A stretch of 64,000 nt of DNA from Octopus vulgaris (lineage: Eukaryota): positions 32,054,001 through 32,118,000 of the forward strand of contig OX597824.1 of the NCBI GenBank assembly GCA_951406725.2. The letters are read 5' to 3'. The notes below the pieces were generated by a model that saw nothing but the letters and a program-made list of their open reading frames with translations, was not told the DNA's origin and did no database searches. The position numbers were made by a program, and so were the translations under genes. Shown piece after piece: positions 25,556 to 37,490 of this stretch (positions within the stretch are counted from its first letter, which is position 1; each line of letters opens with the position of its first letter).

Positions 25556-26627
25556 TAATGGAGATGAGATGCTATGGCTGGTTCATATGTATCTCATACA
25601 GAGAGCATCTGAGAAATGACGGAGTAAAGATGAGACTGACCCAGACTATTGGACCACACAGGGATCTGCTGACAATTGCAAAGACAAGGAAACTGAAATG
25701 TATGGCCATATCACAAGAAGCTCTGGTCTTACAGAGACAACAAAGAGTGAATATATATCTGTCTACCAGATATATATTCACAAAAGTTGTAGATGTCATA
25801 TGACAAGAAAGAGGAGGAGATACGGAGTTATAGGTCTCTATCTCCTCTGGAAGTTTTTATAAAACAACCTACTGTGAGCTACAGACCAGAACTTTGGCTA
25901 GAACAAAGCACTTGTGTGTGGCGGTGACACGGTACAATAATTAGAACAAACAATACAAAAATACAGGCCTGGAAAATTTAGCACTTAGGGAATCGATGCT
26001 GCAAAGCATATTGTCAGAAGCACTAACAATTCTGCTAGTTTGCCAACTTAGTCAATACAATTGACTATATTGAGTCCCAATATACAACTATACAGCAGGA
26101 CGACAAGCTGGTAGAACCATTAGCACACCAGGTGAAATGCTTCACAGCATTTCCTATCTCATAATCTGAGTTCAAATTCTTTTGCAGTCAACTTTGCCTC
26201 TCATCCTTTTGGAGTCAATAAAATAAGTACCAGTTGAGCATTAGGGCTGGCATAATCAATTTACCTCTCCCCAGAAATTACTGGCCTTGTATCAAAATTT
26301 GAAACCAATATATTACTATATACTATGATTCAATGCAATGACAATAACAAGTCAATTACAGTTATTGATTTGAGAGTCAACTCACTTCCATTCTCTCTCT
26401 CTTAGTGGAAATGTCAGTCTAGAGCAGTGATTCTCAACCATTTTTAATCTATGGACCCCTTTGATCTCTATTGTACTCAATTGGATCTTCCTTGCCATTT
26501 GATGTTTATATAGATATGTAAGCTCTGGTTGTAGACAAAACCAGATGTTACATATTACGTATATTTGTTGCTCTGTATTTCCCCAATCTACAAACCATTG
26601 ATCTTTCACTTGACACTGTTTCTAATT

Positions 26628-27015
26628 GTGGTTGTGTGGTAGGAAATTTGCTTCTTAACCACGTGGTTCCAGGTTCAGTCCCACTGCATGGCACCTTGGG
26701 CAAGTGTCTTCTGTTATAGTCTCAAGCTAATCAAAGCCTTGTGAGTGGATTTGGCAGATGGAAACTGAAAGAAGCCTTTATATATATGTATATATATATA
26801 TATGTAGCATTGTGTTTGTCTCCCACCACTGCTTGACAACCAGTGTTGGTAGGTTTATATCCCCATAACTTGGCGGTTTGGCAATAAAGACTGATAGAAT
26901 AAGTACCAGGCTTTACAAAAACAATAAGTTCTAAAGTCGATTCATTCAACTAAAATTCTTCAAAGCGGTACCCCAGCTTGGTTGCAGTCTAATAAATGAA
27001 ACAATTAAAAGATCA
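26628..27015 (+). mobile_element. SINE family A
   Basis: Matches the family A layout. Confidence 0.8.
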
Positions 27016-27765
27016 AAGATATCCTGATAAATCTTTAATATGAGTACTGCTATGTTTCAAAGATGTCCCGATGAGAAAGAACTTGAAAAACTAGTATTAT
27101 ATGATCATTGTGAAGGTGCATGACCTTGTGTTTAGGGTGTTGCCCTCACAGTAGCAAAATTGTGATTTCAATTCCTGGTTTATGCAGTACATTATGTTCT
27201 TGACCAAAACACTTTCATTTCACATTGCTCCATTCCAACAGCAGTAAACAAAGAACACTGCTGTGGACTGGAATCCCATTCTGGGGGAATGTTATAATCC
27301 TGGTCATTTATATACCACGGAAACTGTGTAAGCAACACTCGGACTCCTCAGAGTCAAGGCTACTTTTTTTTTTCTGAAAGTGTCATAAAAGCTTAACTTA
27401 AACAGAAAAATATTAATCGCTTGAGAAAGAAAACAATAACCTCAGTTGATAACAAAAGGAAAACAAACATTAAAAAGAAAGTTCTCATGTTGCATATACA
27501 TAAAAGCATACTAGCTTCATTCCTCACCAGCTGTCTGCAATCAGGTCTCATGTCTCACTACCATGAAACATAGCTATTTGTACCAGCATTATACAATCTA
27601 CCTTTCACTGTGAAAGAGAGAGGCCTTTTGTTACCGACAGAAGTAACAGCTCTCTAAACTTCCTCCATCCTATTTTTATTCTAGCAACAATATTTTCAGT
27701 TCATCTTTCACCACTACTAATTTGAATACATAAGAAATTCTACAATTTCAAGGGAGCCTCTGGGG

Positions 27766-28077
27766 CAGGGCCAGCCTTAAGCCGATTGGACTGATTGCTT
27801 CCAATCAGGCCCCATGCTGAAGGGGGCCCTGCACATAAATATATACATAATTTGTGTATGTATATATATGCATATCATCATCATCATTTAACATCTGTTT
27901 TCCATGCTGGCATGGGTTGGACAGTTTGACAGGAGCCAACAAGCCAGAGGCTACATCTGGCCCCTGTCTGGTTTGGCATAATACACATTTTTATGATTTT
28001 ATAGACCTTGGTGCAAGTTGACTGGGAACAACCAAAATTGTTCCCAATTGGCTCCACACCTCCTAAGGCCAACCCTG
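27766..28077. mobile_element. hAT-like MITE containing a SINE fragment
   Basis: TIRs CAGGGCCAGCCTTA / TAAGGCCAACCCTG with a degenerate 8-bp TSD. Confidence 0.55.
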
Positions 28078-30019
28078 CTCCTGGGTTTCCTTTATGCTTA
28101 TTGTTCATACACATCTGTCACATACAAAGAGAACTTGTGAGAAACATTTAGTGAAGTGTTCATCGTACAACTGTTACAAAATCTTTTCTAACAGTTTGTT
28201 TTGTTGTTATAGTTGCTGGTGTTGTTTATTCCCATAAATTCAGAAAACAAATACAAACGAATTTACACAGCGACATCAATTGGTTCACATTGCTAAGTTT
28301 GTTCTCATGTGTATAGTAAATCAATTTGCAGATATCTTATTTTTAATCAGATATAAAGAGGTGATAGGAACTTTTCTGTGTAAATTTAGTGTAAGAAAAT
28401 AAAATCAGCATAGAGTATAAATAGTCAAATATTTGATAAGTTACAGAAAGTGTTATTGCTTTTTCTATGTCAGAAATAAATATGATATTATGTAGGTTTG
28501 TCGAAATGTATTGTGAAAATTGATCTAACTTTGGGTAGATGTCAGCTATTTAAAAATTAATGCAAGTAGTTAATGTTTGATATTAGTTAGTGTATAGCTA
28601 GCAAAGGACAGTACAATACTAACCATCAGAATAGATAAGGAATGGCTTTCCAGTTCCACCTTAAATATCAAGGAAGCAAATCCAGCTTCTTGTAGCTGAA
28701 CTCTGTTAAAAATAATAGAATAGATTTTATCCTTGCTTGCAAGGAGCTTGAGTCAATTGTCTTTAACATATATTATTCATGTATTGACTTTATATGACGT
28801 ATTTCCCAATATCTTTGTTGATATATTGTTAACTTCAATGCTGAGGATGACTGTCCTTGAGCTTCTCTACATATCTCTATCATCCATGCCCCTGTTGCTC
28901 ATCTCTCAATCATTCTCTCTTCTTTTCAGCCTTACTGCGCTTACTTGAATGTGTGACTGAAAATGGCAGTGGATTTTCTCTGTTCATCAGACATAGCTTC
29001 CAATGAAACTAAAGATGCTATGGCACCTATTTGACCCACTCATTAAAATCCACTCCTTACTCCTCCTTCACTCATCATAAGGTACATACTTAAGGAACCT
29101 CTTCAGATATACTATATGTTCTACCTGTATTCCTCAGTGATGTTTTGTATTGACATTCATTATTCACTCTCACCAACTCTAGCCACTTCTTGCTATCTGT
29201 TGCATTTTCACTTTTAGTTGGCTGATATTAGAAAGGGCTGGATACCTGCTTTAACATCAACCAAAAAATGCAACAAAGCCCAAAATTAAATTCTCATTTC
29301 ATTTGAATACCCTCTCATATCTACCACCAATGTACCCTCCACCCATTATACCCATCCCTACATACCTCTCACATCATCTCTATCACTGTGCATCTTCTCT
29401 CCTATCCACAAGTTATATTTCTAAAATCTGTCACAAATAAAAAATAAATAATAGAAGCAACATTAATTTTATGATCCTTAAGTTTAGAACATTACTTTTA
29501 CTTTTATCATTATGTTGGTGGTCTGTGATAAGTTTTTCAAATCTTTCTGGAAGCATACAGGTGACCAACTTGTCGTGGGCCTAAAACATTTAGTGTTATC
29601 GTCAATTTTTGGCGTTCTTAAATACACACACACACATAAGTAGTATGCATATTTGTGTGTACCTATGTATATACATACATATATATAACAAAATTAAATG
29701 TTCTGGTAAAATTATGTATATAGCTTATCAATTACTTTGTGGAGAGTTGCTAAATACTGAAAGAGGAATTCATTCAAAGCATTCACTGAAACTGTCAAAT
29801 ATTATGAATGGTTAAATAACAGTAACACATGCACATTTCCAGTTTTGTAATCTTGTGTAAATTTTCTGTAAATGATAATCATGTTCATTGTCTCATTTTA
29901 AACATTTTGTTTTTCCACAAATGCACTTGGTAATAAGCTGTCTTAATATTTGATAATAACTGAAGGTAAGTATACTTCCGAAATCTTATTCAAACTAAAA
30001 CAACATGTTAATTTGATTT

Positions 30020-30625
30020 GCCCTAGGTACAGAAGTAAAGACCAGAATAGGATACAGAGAGTTTGTAACAAAGCAAACAGGGAATACATGGTGCAAGGTC
30101 AACAAATGTCAAGGAATGATGTTTGTAGAGGCCACAGCTCATGGAGAACTTGCCTGTAGATTTAGGAAAGCTCTGAAGGAGGCCAAACTCAACATTATGA
30201 TCGTTGAAAAGCCAGGGAGCTCCATCAGATCACAATTATGTAGGATGTATCCCTTTGAGAATACCACATGCATCAATGAGAATTGCATGGTCTGTAAGAT
30301 TAACTCTCGCATTAACTGTATTATGCAGCATAAGGTGCATAGAGGGTGCTTGTAAAGACAAGAACATGACATACATTGGTGAGACATGTAGAAGCATTGC
30401 GGAAAGATTAAGTGAACATTTGAGACAATATGATGGCATAAAAGAATCCTCTATGCTCTATCAACATGCCAAGGACCAATATGGAAGCACACTGGGTCGA
30501 CTTGACATCCACATTTTATCCAAGCATCCAAAGGACCCAACACTCAGACAAATACAGGAGTACATCCTAATAAATGAAACATCCTCAGTACTAAATAGGA
30601 GATATATGTAGAAGGTAGTGATACC
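30020..30625 (+). mobile_element. Penelope-like retroelement relic (GIY-YIG endonuclease)
   Basis: MFVEAT..GELA..IVEKPG..C....C..C then YIGETCRSIAERLSEH..S.LYQH...RQIQE..LIN...LNRR, across frameshifts. Confidence 0.85.
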
Positions 30626-31368
30626 CCAATGCCTACAGTTCATACATACACAGGTAAATTTGTTAGTAGGCTGACATCTAGACTCATATATATATATATA
30701 TATATATATGTAAGTAGGAAAATGGATATTTAAGTAAACAGATTTAAATATAAGAGAACATTATTATTCCTAAAAATAATAATGCTAGTGGCTGTGAGCA
30801 TAAAAGCCGCATAACCAAAATTAATAATTATATATAAGCAGGCACATCGTGTGACTTTTAGAGATCCCCTGCAACTTTTTGTTTCGAAGCCCCATCCCTT
30901 CAATAAAAATTCATAATCTATGCACCTTTTATTCATAGATATATTTTACTCTATTGTCTGAAGTTCAATATTTCCCGTTATCTTAACATATTTAGGCAGG
31001 GGCGTTCATGGTACAATGCAATATTTTTACAAGAACTTTTGCAGGTACAATGTATTACCATTTTATTTCTTGAAATTTTCAATTAACATAGAGGTCGACT
31101 TTGCCTTTCGTCCTTTCGGGGGTCGATTAAATAAGTACAAGTTACACACTGGGGTCGATGTAATCGACTTAGTCCCTTTGTCTGTCCTTGTTTGTCCCCT
31201 CTATGTTTAGCCTCCTGTGGGCAATAAAGAAATAAGTTTAATTCTTGTTCAACATCTTAACCAGAGTAAATAGATGACTCATCTATGTAATTTAATCTTC
31301 ACATGGAGCCCCTCAACTGCGCAGACCCCCTGTGACTGTAGGGCTTGCAGGGACTTAGCGACGGCCCT

Positions 31369-31535
31369 ATATATAAGATATATAAATATATTTATATATA
31401 CTAGAATACTACATAAGCACCTGCTTTGCTAAAAATAGAAGTCAAAATAGGAGTATTTTGACTTCTATTTTTAGCAAAGCAGGGGCTTATGTAATACCCG
31501 AGTATATATAAATATATTTATATTATCTTATATAT
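31369..31535. repeat. Near-perfect palindrome (~80-bp arms, GGAG loop)
   Basis: CCTGCTTTGCTAAAAATAGAAGTCAAAATA-GGAG-TATTTTGACTTCTATTTTTAGCAAAGCAGG, extending out to TA-rich ends. Confidence 0.92.
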
Positions 31536-31559
31536 AATTAAGTAGATAGATAGGTGCAT

Positions 31560-31890
31560 AGGTAATACATACAAACAAGCACACACACACACGCACATAC
31601 ACAAAAGAAGACTGAAGCACATGACCATATACACACATGCACAAGGACACATATGGAGACACACTTACATAGTCACACAAACCCATACACATAGACACAC
31701 TCAAACATCCACACACAAGGAGACAGAGGTATAAACACACACAAACTCATGAATATGCTGAATACATACATACAAACGTACACACATACATACATATATA
31801 TATGCATACACACGCACACATACATACATACATACATACATACATACATGTGTCTGCACATACATACTGACACACGCGCGCGCGTACAGG
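31560..31890. repeat. Compound (CA)n/(TACA)n microsatellite
   Basis: Direct reading; explains the spurious V/C/M/Y-rich ORFs here. Confidence 0.9.
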
Positions 31891-32399
31891 CAAAAATACA
31901 AATAGAAAGCAATTCCGATAATGTACAGAGTCAACGACTATTCAAGAGGTTGCAAGAAGCAATGGAAATTTTAGTAAAAGATAAGTAAATGAGTGGAAAT
32001 CGAACCGGTGTGTGTATTAATTAATAAGGCATTAAAACAGAATGACTCTCCCCAGACACAATAAAATATGCCCCAACACACGAATTCATATAAAGAATCT
32101 TGCAAACCAAATACAAAAACGAAATTTATATATGTCTTCAGTAAATCATAAATCCGAAAGAGAAGTACAATCTAAGTTATTGAGCAGCAGCGTAATTAGA
32201 TAGAGAGTGATGGCCGGTCTATGGAGGTTACCCTGGGTTTCACGGGTTTCACGTCCATAAAGCGCCTGTGTATATGCATGTAGCAACATACACGCACACA
32301 CACGCACACGCACTCACGCGCGCGCAACACACAGATATACAGGGTTATTGAAAAAGAATGAATCGATTTCATTACGCAATATTTTAATAAGGAAAAGCC

Positions 32400-33574
32400 G
32401 TCAAACTCCAGTTTTTGACCCGAGCAAAAACACAACAACAAAAAAACTAAAGTGCAATAGGTGTAAAACAACATGTAGTAAACTAATATGAAAAAAGAGA
32501 TGCGCGCTGGCGAACGGGGGGCGAGGAACAAGGCTCGGAAAATTCAGATCGGGAATGTTCCGAGTATTCTCACCATTTCCCCGTTCGTCGGCGCAATTTT
32601 TTTTCTTTATATTCGTTTACTACGCATTATTTTATACCTAAAACACTATTGTTTTTTTCAGTTTTTGTGATGTGGGGGGAGGGGTCGGTGCGGGCTCGGA
32701 TAATTCACACGATCCAGTAACCCCACTTCGAGACCCGGTGACAAAAATGAAAAAACAAAAAGTGTAATAAGTGTAAAACAACATGTAATAAATCCCAAAA
32801 CGAAACATGTAGTAAACGATATGACAAAAAAAAAAACAAAAAAAAAACCGTGCGCTAGCGAACGGAGGCGAGGGAGAGGACACGGAAAATTCCCACGATC
32901 AAGCTCACAGGATCCGAAAACTCAACGTTAACACCTGGTCACAAAAATGAAAACAAAATTAGTGAATTTTCTGAGATCTATCCCCCGTCCCCGTTCGTCA
33001 GCGCGCATTTTTCTTTTCATATTCATTTACTACATGTTGTTTTACACTTATTACACTATCACCCCACCCTTTTTTTTTTGTGATCAGGTGTTAACGTTGA
33101 GTTTTCGGATCCTGTGAGATTGATCGTGTGAATTTTCCGAGTCCTCTCCTCCGCTCCCCGTTCGCCAGCGCACGTTTTTTTTTTATATATTCGTTTACTA
33201 CATTTTGTTATACCACCTATTACACTACTTTTTTTTTTCATTTTTGTGACCAGGTCTCGAAGTGGGGGTTACTGGATCGTGTGATTTATCCGAGTCCGCA
33301 CCCGACCCCCCCAGGTCACAAAAACTGGAAAAAAAGTAGTGTACTAGGTGTAAAATAATGTGTAGTAAACGAATATGAAGAAAAAAATTGCGCCGACGAA
33401 CGGGGAAATGGTGAGAGGACTCGGAACATTCCCGATGTGAATTTTCCGAGTCTTCTGCCCCGCCCCCGTTCACCAGCGCGCATTTTTTTTTTTTTCATAT
33501 TCGTTTACTACATGTTGTTTTACACCTATTGCATATAAATATGTATATTGCACGGGTCAAACACTGGAGTTTGA
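32400..33574. mobile_element. Foldback-type palindromic element with ~500-bp arms built from internal inverted subrepeats
   Basis: GTCAAACTCCAGTTTTTGACCCG (32400) pairs with CGGGTCAAACACTGGAGTTTGAC (ending 33574); 32453-~32945 is the reverse complement of ~33075-33533. Confidence 0.75.
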
Positions 33575-33604
33575 CCGAAAAAGCAATTGAAAACTCCGGC
33601 TATG

Positions 33605-33993
33605 TCACAAGTATTTACTCATAATCAACTTTTATTTCCTATCTTACAAGTGTTCAATGTGGCAACCACCTGAAGCACGGGCAACATCAATACTATAAAG
33701 ATAATTCCTCCTAGACGCGTATCAGCATATCACGATCCACTGAGTGCTTCTTTGGCTGTCTGGTTGAATGCTTTATCGAAGCTTTTCCATTTTTCCTTCT
33801 GCGTCAATATCTTCTGGAATCGTCTCAAGCAAAGCAAATTTATTCTTTAGTTCCACAATGAATTTGCTTTTGATATGCTGGTACGCGTCTGGGAGGAATT
33901 CTCTTATCGCATTGATGTTGCCCTGCTACAGGTGGTGGCCACATTGAACATTTGTAAAACAGGGAATAAAAGTTAATTGTGAGTAAATACTTG
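33605..33993. repeat. Inverted repeat (~125-bp arms); the right arm is interrupted by the MITE
   Basis: 33607-33731 is the reverse complement of 33872-33993. The arm resumes at 34443, and its terminus recurs inverted across (TA)n at 34468-34499. Confidence 0.85.
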
Positions 33994-34434
33994 GGATCTT
34001 TTCGGTTTGAACGGCAGTTTTTTTTAATAATTTCCATGTAATTAAACACTTTTAAACTTCGTATACTGGTAGAATGTGTTTATAAAACATCTTTATCTCT
34101 TGGCTTTATTGAGAAAATTCTATAGTTTGTAAGATATTTGTTGTTTTTTTCTTCTTCAATTTCTGCAATTTCAACCAATCAATGACGTCTATTGAGGTAA
34201 AAAAAAAACCATTCTGTGCCGTATGAATATGTACCTCATTCAAGAAACAGATTTGGTTTATTTATATTTGTGAAGAAAAAAAGATACCCTTCCCTCTACC
34301 CCTAACCCTAACCATAAGTAACCCTAACCCTAAAATAGATTGAAATGCAATAGATCGATACTAGGGTCATAATTATGGGTGACAATTTCATATGACACTG
34401 CTAGAATAAACTGCCGTTCAAACCGAAAAAATCC
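33994..34434. mobile_element. Same Merlin-like MITE in the opposite orientation, 8-bp TSD AATACTTG
   Basis: TIR GGATCTTTTCGGTTTGAACGGCAGTTT; TSD at 33986-33993 and 34435-34442; internal CCCTAA repeats. A related fragment lies at ~59270-59430. Confidence 0.88.
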
Positions 34435-34639
34435 AATACTTGTGACTTATATATATATATATATAAAGTCACAAGTATTTACTCACAATCAACTTTTATA
34501 TGTTTTTGTGTGTGTGTGAGTGAGTGAGTGTGAGCGTGTATATATTTATATGTGTGTATAATGTTTGAATACGTCAGACCGAAGAAACAAGCTGTTCGGT
34601 TGTTAAGGGCGATCAATGCGAACGGGATAGAAACGTGGT

Positions 34640-34755
34640 GATGAATAACCGGAACCGGAAATGTGGTGATATTTGTTTTGAAAATGGACGTCGTCAGTGT
34701 TTCTTCTCCTGTGACACGTAACGACGGCAGTAGACGTGGAACTATCACAACAAAG
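34640..34755 (+). promoter_or_regulatory. Putative promoter and 5' exon of the TJAP1/BEGAIN-like gene
   Basis: CpG-rich patch with tandem ETS-like ACCGGAACCGGAAAT, an AAAATGG motif and a possible donor AAG|gtacca at 34755. Confidence 0.45.
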
Positions 34756-35268
34756 GTACCAGTCATAGCACTCGCTCATTACATTCATTTATTTTTTAAC
34801 TCACTTATTACATTCTACGTTTTGTATCACCTTTATTTTCAATAACATCCCTACTTTCTTTTCCCAACCATTGATCTATCTTTTGACGTATTTTTGTTGA
34901 TATCAGCCTTTCTTTTAACTTAGATTACCTCAAAGCATACTAAGCACGTTACAGATGTTATTTTAATTACACTGGTCTAAATAAACCAGTTTTTAAGTGA
35001 TTGCGAAACGTATAAGATTCTTTGTGTTAAATTTATTGGCCCTGTGTTTACTTTTAGGATATTATTGCTTATTTTCAAACGGCAGTTATATAATGTCAAT
35101 ATACAATTTATTAAAGCTTTATGGATTGACGTACGTTACTGTTTACAAATTGAAAACAAAATGGTATAAATATATGAAATAGGTGTGTGGCTGGTTTATT
35201 TAGAGCCTTATTGAATTGTAACTCTGAGTTCCATGATTACGATAGTTCGAAATATTTAAACACGCGAA

Positions 35269-35306
<38 letters not shown>

Positions 35307-35372
35307 CTAGAGGGTGACAATTTAAAAAAGAAGCTATTTAGAATAAAGTAGAGAGTGAACAATCAAATATAT

Positions 35373-35432
<60 letters not shown>

Positions 35433-36232
35433 CCCTTCAAATACCGATATTGTTTCCCCAAGCAAGGTTAATGTTTCAAACTTTCATTGAAGCCTCATAT
35501 GTGTTTATATTTATACATAGATATGTATGCGTGCTTGTGTGCTATGTTTATTATCTTTGAATATGACATTTGATTATTTATCTCTTGAATTTTCTATGAA
35601 CACATGTATTTGACAGTTGATTTCTCCAGCTTTAACGTGGGTTGGGTATATCTGTTTAGATTCAAATTGTCACAGCAAATGTTTCGATGTCTCTCCATAC
35701 ATACGTTGAAATAACCAAGTTTGTGTGCATCTTCGTGCTTGCTTGTGCCTGCACATGCAATCACGCATCGAAGTAAATTTTATCTAGCTTAGTCAAAGTG
35801 AAAAATCTGCTTGGTATGCATTCAACAGCTGGTATTTGACATTTTTATGATGATATAACAAATCAGCATGCTTATTAAGATAGAACAAAGAGAAAATCAA
35901 AACAAAATCGTGTTTTTTTTTGTTGAAAATTGTGGGTGAGATGATACAAATTTACCGTAAATAAATAACATGGTGAACCTTTTCTCACAAAATCCCAAGA
36001 TTTGTCGAAATCTTTGTTTGAAGTAGCCTTTGGGAAATTTTAACCTTTTTAAAAATTGCTGAACTTTAAAAAATTTCATTCACACACACTCGTGCACGCG
36101 CTTTTGTTTGTTATTAAGGATGGGAAAACCAATAGTTATCGCTGAATTTCGGTAAATATGTCATTAAATACATTGGGTAATTGTAATTTCACTTTGTGAG
36201 GGAGTGTCAATATATATATATATATATATGCA

Positions 36233-36335
36233 CTTCATGTTTTAGGATCTGATGAAGTTATAAAGTGTTACTGAGGCACTCGACTAGCAATCCACCACAT
36301 CTTATTATGGCAGAAACAGGTGTAAGCTAATGAAG
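36233..36335 (+). ncRNA. Hammerhead-like motif with intact core and degraded stems
   Basis: CTGATGA at 36249, GTTATAA/TTATGGC stem II, GAAAC at 36313, ACA-GG-TGT stem III, GTA triplet, CTTCAT/ATGAAG distal stem I; flanked by (TA)n. Confidence 0.5.
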
Positions 36336-37080
36336 TTCATAACAATCGTTCACCCCTTTGTGTTCTCTATCATTTTATTTATTTATATATGTGTGTGTGT
36401 GTGTATATACATGTGTATATATGTATATTATCCCATAATTTTGCCATTTCTAAGCACATTGGTCTTTACAAGACTAAGCGATTGTTAGCCCTGATTGGAA
36501 TTATGAGTCCAATTTCCCTCAAATCACACTCTACTATCTTGTAAAGAAGGACCTATTAGATAAAATAGTTTGGGATCCACTATATCCAAGATTTAGGCAG
36601 AATGATAACAACCTCTATAACTTTGATGATGGGTCTGTTCAGTCAGTGCTAACCTGAGACTAAACAACAGTACTAGTGTTCACTGTACCAGCTTTCAATC
36701 TCTTCATGGAAACACCTACCTATAGTGTAATGGAGCATGTAGACCATCTGTCATTGATCTCACAGTATGCCTGTGTTGTGTAGTAATATATATATATATA
36801 TATATATACATACATAGTGTGATGGTCTGTGTATATTTAGTGGAATTAGGCCACATGAGGGTCTTTGTGACAACTTGGAATGAGAAGTGAAGTAATTAGT
36901 TACATTGTTATGTAATATATCCGGATCTGTTTAACTCTCCTTCAAAAGGTACTTGATACAAGTAGCAGAAGATTGCCTATTAAAATATAACATGTATGTC
37001 ACTAGGCACTGGTTCTCAGCATATCAATAATCACTGAGTACCGATACTGTTACATAATAGTAAGTCAACAATAAGGGTTT

Positions 37081-37490
37081 ATCATCATCATCGTTTAACG
37101 TCCGTTTTCCATGCTAGCATGGGTTTGGCGGTTCAACTGGGGTCTGGGAAGCCAGAAGGCTGCGCCAGGCCCAGTCTGATCTGGCTGTGTTTCTACAGCT
37201 GGATGCCCTTCCTAATGCCAACCACTCCGTGAGTGTAGTGGGTGCTTTTTACGTGCCACCTGCACGGGTGCCAGACGAGGCTGGCAAACGGCCTCGATCG
37301 AATGGTGCTTTTTACGTGCCACTGGCATGGGGGCCAGATGAGGCTGTCAACGGCCACAATCGGATGGTGCTTTTTATGTGCCACCGGCACGGAGGCCAGT
37401 CGGGGCGGCGCTGGCAACAGCCACGTTCGGATGGTTCTCTTACGTGCCACCGGCACTGGTATCACAGCTACAATTTCCATTGATGTTGAT
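37081..37490 (-). mobile_element. SINE family B; further copies at 37685-37812(+), 39252-39535(-), 39760-39930(-), 48650-48928(+) and 60200-60312(+)
   Basis: Reverse complement of family B, with tandem GGTGCTTTTTACGTGCCAC units. Confidence 0.85.

Noticed and set aside
31528-31988. ORFs rich in YI/CV/HT repeats (also 41430, 51955, 52685-53024 and 60173)
   Set aside because: They are translations of microsatellites.
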